The position numbers and the translations under genes were made by a program. Positions 11,629 to 23,148 of a stretch of DNA of 64,000 bases are shown one piece after another; within the stretch, counting starts at the first letter, position 1, and each line of letters opens with the position of its first letter. This stretch comes from Hormiphora californensis (lineage: Eukaryota; Animalia; Ctenophora): NCBI GenBank assembly GCA_020137815.1, contig CM035350.1, forward strand, positions 124,001 to 188,000, in the 5' to 3' direction. The notes beneath the pieces were generated by a model. It saw only the letters and a list, made by a program, of their open reading frames with translations, was not told the DNA's origin and did not search any database.

Positions 11629-12163
11629 AGGGGGGGGGGGGGGCAAGGACAAAAAAGCCAAACCGCCCCTGAAATCCGGGTCTGATCTGGCTTGTTTTTT
11701 TTTTGATCTGGCTTTGTGAGTGGCTTTTTTTGATCTGGCTTTTTTTTGAATCTGGCCTTTTGGCTTGTTTGATTCTGGCTTTTTTTGGATCTGGCGTTTT
11801 TTGCTTTTGGCTTTTTTTGATCTGGCTTTTTGATTTGGCAGTTTGATCTGGCTTTTTGGCTTTTTTTGATCTGGCTTTTTTTGAGCTGGCTTTTCTGGCT
11901 TTTTTTGATCTGGCTTTTTTTTTGCTTTTTTTGATCTGGCTTTTGTAAATCAAACTTTTTTCGGCTTCGCAAAAAAATTGTTCCTATCGATAAAAAGGAT
12001 AAAACTATATCAAAAGAAGCATTTTAAAGGGTTTTAGTGTCATACAGACCATTAAGGTCCAGAATACATGTCCAAATGACTAAAAAAGTATGGGCCAAAA
12101 AAAGCAAACCCGCACAAAATCGGGATTGTCTGGCTTTTTTGGCCTTGGGCCCCCCCCCCCCCC
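11629..12163. mobile_element. Poly-G-ended MITE containing (GATCTGGCTTTTTT)n
   Basis: (G)nCAAGGACAAAAAAGCCA is mirrored by TGGCTTTTTTGGCCTTGGG(C)n. Confidence 0.7.
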
Positions 12164-12167
12164 TTAA

Positions 12168-12400
12168 CTTTGGGGTTTCTTAATTTTGGGGTTTCTTCAT
12201 TTTTGGGGTTTCTTAATTTTGGGGTTTCTTAATTTGGGGTTTCTTAATTTTGGGGTTTCTTATTTTTGGGGTTTCTTATTTTTGGGGTTTCTTAATTTGG
12301 TTGGTTTCTTATTTTTGGGGTTTCTTAATTTTTGGGTTTCTTATTTTGGGGTTTCTTGTTTTGGGGTTTCTAAGTTTGGTTTCTTAATTGGGGGTTTTTG
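12168..12400. repeat. (TTTTGGGGTTTCTTAA)n minisatellite; inverted copy at 32390-32660
   Basis: Directly visible. Confidence 0.85.
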
Positions 12401-13639
12401 TAAAAAGTTTATATTTAAAAGTTTCTGAAATATTGCGAGGCTGAATTAACGAGAGTAAGGTAATATAAATGTTTTATAAAAACGATAAAAATAACACAGC
12501 ATCTTCCCTGCCTGGTTCTGCACGAAAAAGGTTATAAAGTTTCTGGGGGCATCAAATAGATCATTGCTGACAGTATCTAGCTGTTGTTGCCTTTTTTCGT
12601 CAACTCTCTCCTTTCGTGGTATCTCCTCCTTCTTTCAAATAGCTAGTTTCTACCCATATATCTTCCTACATATGGCAAATTATATATGGCAAATTATATA
12701 TGGCCAGGTTAGACTGTTTTTCGTGCGCCCCGCCGCAAATTATATAGTATGCATTATTTTACATTTTATGTTCCTATCCCATTCATGATCTAGTTATTTT
12801 CTGGCGCTGAATCTTTTCCTTTTGGGAGGAGGGAGACTGAGCTGCATGATAACAGCTCTTCCCACGTAAGATAACTCAAAAGTATCACCAAGATATCTTC
12901 GGGCAAGAGAATTAACATATTGGATCTAATGCCTGAAGGATTTATTGGCATGAAGGAGTTATTGGCATGACGGAAATTATTAGTGGTTTAATTCGGTAAC
13001 CCTGACAAAGAGCGGCTCGACCCTTGTCGAACATAAAACACACTCCCTTCTCGCACACAATGTCCATAGCAGGAAGGAATTTTCGATATCTCCTTCTGGT
13101 ATGAAATTGCCTAAATTAATTATCTTTTAAAGTTTTGGGAACTCTATCCTGTCAACTAGTATTCATTTTGGAAAGCATTTTCTCGAAATTGGTAAATTAA
13201 AGCAAGATTCACTCTTTGAATGCAACGGAGAATAGGCGTTGTACAGGATTTTGCATGAAACTCTGCTCCAGGACGAAAAAGACCCGAAAAATACGATTGT
13301 GATATTTTTGGGACTCTATCTTATCATTCTACTACGTCTTAGAACGCTTTTTGTGAACGCGTTTTTCACCAAAAAAAAACACCTTAAAACGCTGATGTTC
13401 TCAATTTTGCCGACAATTTAGAGAGTTGACTTCAAACGGCATTCGATTCTACCCTCAAAAATAGGTGGGGGACAACCGTAACGTATCTACCTATCAAGGA
13501 TCTTTAAATAAAAAAAACGTCTTATTTTCAAAGTGGAATAGAAGATAGCTCTTTTTCTCAATTTTCTGACGCCGCCGCGGGTCTACTGATTTTTCCCGCC
13601 ACCACCACGACTTCAGGGAGGTCTTCCCGATCAGTTACA

Positions 13640-14400
13640 TCTGAATGATGGGTTAAAACTATAAATCAGGAGTGGTGGGTCTAGAACATCCATAGGTACC
13701 AAAAGGCTTCGTTTGTCTGATACAACTTTCCTGAAAGTTTTATGTCGTTACTCCAACTACTCTTGATTTTTTGGGCGTTACAAAAATTTGCCGGAAAAAG
13801 ACCGTTTTAGCTCTAATTTGCCTCTTAGTGGGAATCCGCCTTAACTCCTGAGATAACGGCTGACTCAGACCGGAGCCGGTTTGGCATAGTTGTTATAGCG
13901 ACCGTGTGCTTCAAAATTGGAAGGGATAGCTAAAAGTACATGATAGACACGCCGCTCCGCCCTTACCCTCCTGTCATTGTCCCCTTTATCCGATTAGCTG
14001 GCGCTTTTGATAAGGCCCCGCTTCAAAAATATAGCGGTTTACATAAAATTTCCTGGACAACACAAAATGTTAACCCTTATTTGAACGGGGGCCTTAATCA
14101 AAAATCGCTACACCAAATTTGAAGAACACGGTCTCTTAGAAAAAACTATGCCAACGCAAGGTCTGGTCCGAGCCGTTTATCTCAGGAAAGTTAGCAGGAT
14201 GTCCCAAAAAGAGCAAAATTAGAGGCAAAAAGGGCTTTTTCCGCCGATTTTAAACCCCAAAAAATCACGAAGTAGTTGGAGAGTAACGACATGAAAACTT
14301 TTCAGGAAGTTGTTCAAGACAAGACGAAAGCCTTTTGGTTGACAAGATGGATGTTCTAGACCCCACCAATGTGATTTAAGGGGTTAACATCCATTTATGA
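13640..14400. mobile_element. Degenerate foldback element
   Basis: GGTCTAGAACATCCAT..TCGTTACTCCAACTAC is mirrored by GTAGTTGGAGAGTAACGAC..ATGGATGTTCTAGACC. Confidence 0.6.
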
Positions 14401-14759
14401 GGCCAAAATGGTAACCCCAAAATTTTTGCCAAACGGGTGCTTAGGTGCGCAACATCGATTGGCATCAGTTCTAATCGATTCGCCTTGCCAGCGCTTTCCT
14501 ATACGTTATACCTCAAAAAACACCCCAAAAAACCCGTCGACCCCACCCCCCCTCGGGCTTAACATTCGGTACTTTGTTAGATTAGAGCGTAAGCTATCCA
14601 TGAAACTTTCGGCATTTACGTCCTCCACATTCCATTTAAAGGTTGTGTAAGCTCGACCACTGTTCCTTTTCGAACAAGTAGGGATTTCAAAGTTTTTGTA
14701 AAAATATCGCGATCGGTTGTTTTCGCTGTGAAATTGCAGGCATGAAGTTATATCGATAG

Positions 14760-15312
14760 AACCGACCGCGAGCGTTCTCTGGGACAGGTTTGTCTCCTCT
14801 AGAACCTCATCTTCACAAGTGATGGTTTTACATGGAAAATTATTGTAACGTATCGGTGAGAGATGGCTTCATCAGATACGAATGAAATATCGACAACCGA
14901 ACCGCGAGCGTTCTCTGGACAGGGTGAACCATAGCTTGCAGGCCTGATACATTTCAGGCAAACGACGGGTCAAGGAAAGTAAAAATTTGAAGAAATCACT
15001 TCATTGGTAGCTGATGAAGACTCGGTCTCCCTCAACCATCCTTTCCATCGTGACCTGCATATAGTAGAGACTGTGCTTGATCGTCAAACACCTGGAAGCA
15101 ACTTTTGGATTTTCGTGGACGCAACAAGACCGTGGACAGTTCAGACCACGTTCTGGAAACAGCACGACAGTTCAGGAGCTCAGGTGAGTCCAACTAGCGA
15201 AAAAGGAACAGGCGAACTTCGCCGGGAGATAATTGAAGGAGAGACTTGTTCAATCGAGCGGTTTCTTTTATTTTTTCTGGTGGGCTCGGTATTTTCATCA
15301 TCTTTTGACATG
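14760..15312 (-). pseudogene. Degenerate 5' copy of the F-box/LRR gene
   Basis: Aligns with 24310-24830 (MSKDDENTEP.. start) with many indels. Confidence 0.75.
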
Positions 15313-15779
15313 CTCAAAGAGGAAATAAATGAGGTGAGGAATGAAATCAAAAATGGGACTTGATCAAAGTTCACTTTGCAATACAACAGTCCCAATGGTA
15401 TCCCTTGGTTTTAAGTCTATCATTTTGGTCAGATTATGCGCTTGGCTCGCGGAAGCGTTCGGCGACGAAGCGAGGGGGTACGAAATAATTGAAGGATTAA
15501 TTGTCGGCTATTCTTCGCTCTTATAAGTGGGGCGGCATGGTTATTGGTTGTTTCCTATCTTAGACTACTGCAGCTCTAAATAGGGAGGAGATATAATTAT
15601 TAGAAGAGACGGGTGTTTTTAGGACACTTCAGTGGAAGATAATACCAAATATTCGCCAAAAGGCAACGAACCTTTAAATATTAAATATAGTAGTGGTAAA
15701 ACGAGTCATTTTTGGTTCAAAAAAAGGTATAAATGTGTTTGTTGAAACATGTAATCTTATACAACTAAAACAATAACAT

Positions 15780-16137
15780 TTATACTTTATTGTTTTTCTG
15801 AAAAAGGAGAGTATAACTGCCATCTAAAATGATAAATTTGGGAACACACTGGGATCGACAGTTTATTTTGTTTTCGGAAATCGGAACTATCCTATTGAAT
15901 GTGAGTTTAGGATACAACGTTCTTTCACAGAAATAGTTCGAGGAAATATTCAGTATTTTATTACAATTTACTGATACAAAGTTCCTTCAGTTTCTCCAAA
16001 TGATTAATGATAAATGCTAGCTCACTGTCCTGGATGTCTGATCGCGATAGTGTAAGGCTCGTCAAGGATTTACAAAATGACAGAGAAACAATGTTCCTTC
16101 CACTCGCAGAGATTTTGAGTTTTCGAACTCTTGACAT
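15780..16137 (-). pseudogene. Detached 3' part of the F-box/LRR gene
   Basis: After removing the Gypsy element and one ACAT, ..NDEFRLM continues in frame as SRVRKLKISASGRNIVSLSFCKSLTSLTLSRSDIQDSELAFIINHLEKLKELCIS (LRR-like). Confidence 0.8.
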
Positions 16138-17092
16138 TGTTAAGGGTGTATGTAGCGCTGGTTAGTGAATGGGTGAGCGATGATAGATTGGTTCTGGGGC
16201 AAGGAACACGGAAATAAACAGATCTGTCGAAATGAATTATTCGACAGGAATATGTATAGTCTTCGGTGTTTTTAGCTCAGTGATCGCTCGTGATATCGAT
16301 CTTGACAACGCTCCTTCTTCCGTCCTCGTCGTAGTATAAATACTCTTCCTAGAATCCGGATTGACGTAGATTCCTCGTGTTAAACGTAGAGGTTGTTGTG
16401 ACTATCTCTTCTTAACAGTTCAGATTGTTATGATTATCTCCGCAAGTGCCAGGATGTTATGACTATCTCCACAATGATCTCACTCGGTCCAAGCTGTTCC
16501 GAGTAACTATGACGTACCGAATCCGATTTGAAGTGGGTGAATAAATATATATTCAATTTAAAGAAGAGTGGGTAGGAACCCAATTTATCGGGGGTGCACA
16601 TGAGTGTACATATTTGTAATGACGAAAAGAGGTGTATAACACATCCATACACCAAATTTTTAAGAATAAATTTCGGTCCCGTGGACCGACAAATTATTCG
16701 TGAAATAATCCACCGCTTTAATCGACTGGTTGGACATTTGGCTATCGAACAGATTTATCACCATTAAATTATGGTATTTTGGTTTCTCTTGGCACAGGGA
16801 CTAAAATGTTTCATCCCTGCAATTTTCAATCCTCTTTTGGCACCAGCTTTGATGCAGTGAGTCGCGGTAGCCCATGGTTAAATGATAGTGGACCAACCCG
16901 CACTGTTTGATCCCATTTAGGCAATTTATAATGATTATTTTGACAGTGTGACTTACTACATCAGTATAGTCGTTTGTATGTTTTTTATTTCACAGCTAGT
17001 TTTTTGGACCCGTAAATCTGACGTTTGTTTCTACGAGGAAAGTGCTTATGGCCATTAGCATATTTCCAGAAATTACTAGTCCAGGTATCTTT

Positions 17093-18070
17093 TTAGCTTG
17101 CAATCTTCACAAAACATGTTCCATTGTTCCTCGGAGTAGTGGGGATTACTGCTTCTTCTCTAGCTGCTTTCTCCTCGCTTTCTCCGCTCTGTACATCCTC
17201 AGCATCACCTTCTCTTCCGGTTGTGTATAGCTTTGAAGCTCCCGCGATATATGCCAAGTCATCTTTCCTCTGGGTTTCTTCAGAGGTTTCCCTGGAAACG
17301 TTGAATTCTGGCTCTATCTTTACTGGTGCTGGGATTGAAGGTCCAGCTTCTGTTTCATCTGTTGGTTGAACAGCTGTAGGTAAGTCTGGTTGCCCTTCTT
17401 CGTCAGTAGTCATCTTCGTGTGACTTTCCTCCGTCTCGTTAGTCGTTAACTCTGGTTCGCTTTCGTCCGATTCATCAGTCATCATCTCTAGCTCCAGTTG
17501 CCTTTCCTCCGCTTCATTAGCTATCTCTGGTAGCCTCTCCGTCGTTACATCAGCCATTGTTTCTGGCTGACTTTCCTCCGATCCATTAGTCGTCACTTCT
17601 GTGATCGTATCGTCGTTTTCTGGTTGTCCCCTTGTCTCCTTGGGACCTCCGAGACGGTTATAATTGAGCCTCTCCATAGGTTTCCTGTCCCTGGAAGAAG
17701 TCCGCCTCTCAGCAGGTATTGGTGTTGACGCACTAACTGGATCAGTATCTCTGATTTCGCCTATGGGCTGCGTCACCTCTGCATGTTCCTCAATCTCTGC
17801 TCCCGAATGAGCCGTAGAGAAAGGATCCTGTTCATCTTCTTGGCTCCCAACTGAGCTGCTAGCCGCCGGTACAGAACTGGGTGTGTTGCAAGTCGGTCTC
17901 CGGAATGAGTAGAATCCCCAATCCTCGTCATCAGAACTGGATGAGCTGGAAGAACTTTCCACATTATACTCTGGCATCCTAGTAGTTACATTTTTTGGAA
18001 TGGTATTTTCTTTCCTCAATTCATTCACCTTATCATTGGGTGAGTATTTATTCGTCTTGTACAGCTTCAT
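17093..18070 (-). CDS. Acidic low-complexity ORF after integrase (Pol tail or accessory ORF)
   Basis: 325-aa E/S/T-rich ORF inside the element. Confidence 0.45.
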   Translation of the reverse strand: MKLYKTNKYSPNDKVNELRKENTIPKNVTTRMPEYNVESSSSSSSSDDEDWGFYSFRRPTCNTPSSVPAASSSVGSQEDEQDPFSTAHSGAEIEEHAEVTQPIGEIRDTDPVSASTPIPAERRTSSRDRKPMERLNYNRLGGPKETRGQPENDDTITEVTTNGSEESQPETMADVTTERLPEIANEAEERQLELEMMTDESDESEPELTTNETEESHTKMTTDEEGQPDLPTAVQPTDETEAGPSIPAPVKIEPEFNVSRETSEETQRKDDLAYIAGASKLYTTGREGDAEDVQSGESEEKAAREEAVIPTTPRNNGTCFVKIAS

Positions 18071-18108
18071 TTTTGTGATGTTGACTAGTTTTTTCTCTGT
18101 TTCTGTTT

Positions 18109-21100
18109 TTACAATGTAATTGTGGTCAGATAACTTTTCTGTGATGAGGTACGGTCCTTCAAATCTTGGTAGCCATTATGTTGAGCTGGTTTACGAGCAG
18201 CATGCAATATGTCTCCTCTTCGAAGAAAGGTCCGTGCACGTGGTTTGTCATACGCAGCTTTCATGTATTTGGCTTTTTCTTGTATAGATTTGACCGCCTC
18301 TCTAGTTACCTTCTGTATCTTCATGTATGTTTCATAAATTTGTTTTTCACGTGTGTCACACAATTTCATTTACTGCGTTTTCTGTTCTCTCATTATCGAC
18401 AACAAACCAATCTCTTGGGGCAGCAAGTTCCCTAGAGAATACTAGAAAATTTGCAGTATGTTTTGTTTTCGAACTCTTATAAACAGTTCATGGTGAATGT
18501 TATGTATCCGATCCATTGATCAAAATTCATTTGTTGTTGTGGTGTTAACACGTTCGTATACATGTGTTTATACGTTTGTTCATTTGCTTCACATAACCCA
18601 TTTGCTTGTGAGTTGCCAAGCCACTCCATGTTTGCTTTGTATGTCGAACATCTTCAACATAGCTTGGAATAATTTTGAGGTAAAAGCAGATCCCAGATCA
18701 TGCCTAATGGATTTCATAACACCTAGACGTTGTATCCATTCCCTCACAATAACTCTGGCAGCCTCCTCGGCCCCAGTGGATTTCACAGGTATTGCTACCA
18801 CGTAATTAGAGAATTGGTCCACCATGACCAATAATGCAGTGTACCCTCTTGCATTTGGTGTTTTGGAGCGTTCCAAAAAGTCAATTGCCACACACTGTCC
18901 AAATTCCGTGTATGTCATTGGTTTTAGTGGCGCTTTTTTGAATCTATGGGGCTGTTTTCCCCTGGCACATTTTAAGCATGCATCGCAGTACATGTGGAAC
19001 ATTTTCCGTTGTTTGTAAAAGTAGTATGTCTGTTGACAACTGCTTAGACATGTTTCGAAACCAGCATGACCGTTTTTGTCATGGTAAGCGTACATTGTTC
19101 TCTCTACGAGAGTGTGTGGTAGAACAGTTAATGTTCTGTCATTTTCTTTGTTGTTGGGGTCTATCAACCTCTTTTTGAGTACACCATTTTCAACATGTAA
19201 CATTTTTATCTGTCTCCAGTAGTGGAGAAGTTCAGCCGGTGTTTTCCTGCTAGACAGATGTTTTGGTGTGTTCTTGTTCTTTAGCCAACCAATGACTGTT
19301 GACAATGTTATATCATCAGCATAATCTTGCTTTATCTCTGTCAGAGTGACAGGTATATCAATTGCAAGTGATTTGTTGACCTGAACCACGTGGTCAGTTA
19401 GATTTCTTTGTTTGTCATCCGATCTCTTCATTGTATCATTTTCCAAGGTTTGTGTACCTACACAGTTTGTTTTGGGTATTGGGTGTCGGCTCAAATAATC
19501 TGTCATACCCATGTGTACAGATTCGCCAGCAATGTGCATTATGTCAAAATTGTATTCTTCCAATTCAGCTATTTTTCTGTGAATGTAGCTACTCTCTTTC
19601 TTGAAAATGGTTTTCAAGTTTAGCAGAGCTTTACAATCAGTTAGCACCTTGAACCTTTTTGTACCCATCAGGTACATCCGGAAGTGCTTTAGAGCATGAC
19701 ATAGACCAAGAAATTCTAGTCTAGTTTGCCCCAAATTTTCTCTGATGCACAGGTACCCGATTTTGACCAATAGGCTATGGTCCTCTTTTTCCCATGTAAT
19801 ACTTGGTTTAGTGTGGCCCCATGGCCGATTTTACTGGAGTCAATTGTCAACTCATAATTTTGGTCAGGGTGCTGGTAGTTTGGAATCACCAAGACCGGTG
19901 TTTTTCCAAGTGCATTTTTCAAATTTTCAAATGCTTTTGTGGAAGTAGAATTCCACTCAAATTTGCGTTTCTTCTGTAGCATGTCGTATAGTGGGGTTGC
20001 TATTTTGCTGTAATCTTTTATATAGGCTCTGTTATAATTTACAGCTCCCAGAAATTTTTGCAGTTCTTTCACAGACTTTGGCAATTGTAGTTTCTTTATT
20101 GCATCCACACGAGCTGGATCAATAGAAATGCCATTTTTGTTCATGATGTGTCCGAGAAATTTGACTTGTTTTCTGAACAATTGTGTTTAGAAGGACTAAT
20201 TTTCAATCCTCCAAATGACAGTCTTGCTAAAACGAATTCCAGCCTGTCTAGATGTGTATCAACAGTGTTGCTTCCTATTAGCACATCATCCAAGAAGCAA
20301 ATTAGCGCTTGGAAAGGAACTTTTTGGAACAATTCTGCCATAGATTTGGCAAATATACTACTGCTAGAACAGTGACCCATAATGAGCCTCGTCCATTGAT
20401 AGCGAGTGTTTTTATAAGTGAAAGCTGTTAGTGGTTTGCTTTCCTCGTCAAGTTTTATCTGATTGAAACCTTTTGTGAAATCAAATGAGGTTAGCCACTC
20501 ACATTCATCCATGTTGTTCATCACCGTGTTTATATTTGGTAATGGGAATGTTTCGGGGATGCTCTCTTTGTTGAGCTGTCTCAGGTCTTGCACAACTCGG
20601 TATTTTTTCGTTCCTGGCTTTTTCACCAGAAGACCGGACTGTTCCAGATCCCTGGTCCTTTGCACTCTTCAATTTGTCCAGACTTGACCAATGTCATGAG
20701 CTCTTCTTCCATGACGTTTTGTAGATCATATGGAACTTCCCTACTGGGTATCCACCTTGCTACATAACTGTCTTTGAGTTTCAAGGATGCCTCAACAAAT
20801 GTGGCAGTTCCTAGGTCAAATTGGTGTTTTGAAAAACAATGGGAATAGTGTTTCAGAATGTTTTTTAGTTTGGTTTTGTGTTCTTCATCAATTTGGAGTG
20901 ATCCAACGCCAAGCTGATCAAACAATTTTTCTATATCCTCCCATTTGTCCCTATTGCGTGTCACCTCTTCAGGTTCAGCTTCAGGTAATCGAGGAATATT
21001 TTCAAGAGTAACATCTTCTGATGTTTTGTAAACATTTTGTCTGTACGACTGATCCAGTGGCATCATGTTGCCAATGACCCTATTTCTGTGCAGTGTTATG

Positions 21101-21693
21101 ACGTGTGGGAATGGATTGATACATCGCACCAGTATCTCATTACCCTTGCTATGCGCCATAGAATTTTCAATGCACACACCCATAGAGTTTGTTATTCTCC
21201 GATTTCCAAACAATACCCCTTCATATGTTTTCTCAGATTTAGGGATGTTCAGCATTGCTGAGATGTGTGTGACGCTGTTTCCAGGAATGGTCACAGTACG
21301 TTTCACCTTGACTTTGCAAGTTTGTGGTAGGGCGATAGGATAGCTCCTTGCCAATGTTTTCCCGTATTGGGTGAATATTTTGTTTTCCTTCACATCAATT
21401 CTCATATCAAGTTTCTCCATCAGATCTGTCCCAGCTAGGATGTCATCAGCCAGGTTGTCCATGACAACAAAACGTTGCTGTACTTCCGTTTTTGCAACAG
21501 CTATTTTTAAGTAGATCTCTCCTTTTGGCAGAAGATTTGTTTTAGATAAGCCCCGAATTATTGTTTCTGTGGGCTGAATTTTGTCTTGTTTACCGAGTTG
21601 GTAGACAGTGCGTGTACTGATGAGAGATGCACCAGCTCCAGTGTCCAGTAAAATGTTCAACGGTGTATTTTCAATGTGACCTGTCACGATCAT
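18109..21693 (-). CDS. pol: Gypsy pol (protease, RT, RNase H, integrase), broken by frameshifts
   Basis: LLDTGAG; DLRQLN, DFTKGFNQI, FLDDVLI; IDSSKIGHGA, TDCKAL, DYLSR; H-x4-H..C-x2-C finger; IDF, VDQFS, HDLGSAFTS. Confidence 0.9.
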
Positions 21694-21756
21694 TTGTTTT
21701 CCTCTCCTTGGTTGCCTTTACAAGAATCCGCAGAATAACCTTGGTGCAACCCGCAT

Positions 21757-22730
21757 CTAGTTTAAATGGTTCCGCCTATTCGAGTAGCAGTTTCTGGCCA
21801 TGTGACCTCTCTTCCCGCAGTTGTAGCACCTGATCTGATTATCCGACCAGTTCACTTTCCGTCGGTGTGGTGTAGAATCTCTTCGTGAGTTGTATCTGCC
21901 GCTGCTCCTGTTACGGTGGTTGTAGTAGCCCCGGTATCTATCTTGTTCCATGCTTGGGGTGCGACTCCTCTGTCTGCTGCGATCGTTCCTTCCCCTGCTG
22001 TTATCCCGATATCTCTCACTGCTCCTCCACCGATCCTGGTTACCTCTCGAGAAACTATCCTCTCGTGCCTCTCCTGCTTGTAGGACGTCAGTAGAAGGTT
22101 CACCGTTTATCAGGTTGTTTACAGTCTCCAATTTCAGTGCCATTCTCATCCCTTCCTCATAGGATGTTAGTGATGCTTCATTCAGTTTTTGTTTAATATC
22201 CCTATTTCTCAGACCTCTCAGTAGTACAAGGAGTGCAATGTCATCCGCATCCTTCATGTTTCCATAAGACAATCTTGCTTTTTCCTCAATGTTTGCACAG
22301 AACGAGGTAATGCTCTCTGTTGATGACTGCTTTAAACTCATCAATTGTTGTTTCACAGTTTGTGTTTCACCGCCAGAGAAATGTCATTTTTAACCGTGTC
22401 GGGTAGACCGTCCATCAAGGTTCTCAAAGTTGGATATGATGTGTTGTCTACACACTGTAAAAACAGAGTATCAAGATTTTTTACAGTTTTTGTGTATTTT
22501 GCATAATCCTCAAAACGGTCACAAAAAGTGTTGAAGTTGTCTCCCTTTTTGAATTTGGGGAGTTTTGATCCGGTATTTTTCGTGAACCCTGGATCTGGTT
22601 CCAATCCATGTTCTGTCATACTGACAGCCAATTTTTCCATTTCAGCCTTCAGACTGATCATTTTTTCTTGGAGTTGTTTTTTCTCGGTCATATTTTTTGG
22701 AGTAGTGGTTCGCTTTGTAGCAGGCTCCAC
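21757..22730 (-). CDS. gag: Gypsy gag (two frames, one frameshift)
   Basis: CCHC knuckle CYNCGKRGHMARNC and LKQ...ESI gag motif. Confidence 0.85.
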
Positions 22731-23148
22731 TTATGTTAAGGGTGTATGTAGCGCTGGTTAGTGAATGGGTGAGCGATGATAGATTGGTTCTGGGGCAAGG
22801 AACACGGAAATAAACAGATCTGTCGAAATGAATTATTCGACAGGAATATGTATAGTCTTCGGTGTTTTTAGCTCAGTGATCGCTCGTGATATCGATCTTG
22901 ACAACGCTCCTTCTTCCGTCCTCGTCGTAGTATAAATACTCTTCCTAGAATCCGGATTGACGTAGATTCCTCGTGTTAAACGTAGAGGTTGTTGTGACTA
23001 TCTCTTCTTAACAGTTCAGATTGTTATGATTATCTCCGCAAGTGCCAGGATGTTATGACTATCTCCACAATGATCTCACTCGGTCCAAGCTGTTCCGAGT
23101 AACTATGACGTACCGAATCCGATTTGAAGTGGGTGAATAAATATATAT

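Noticed and set aside
11354-11972. Lys-rich histone-H1-like ORFs
   Set aside because: Translation of the (GATCTGGCTTTTTT)n repeat inside a MITE.
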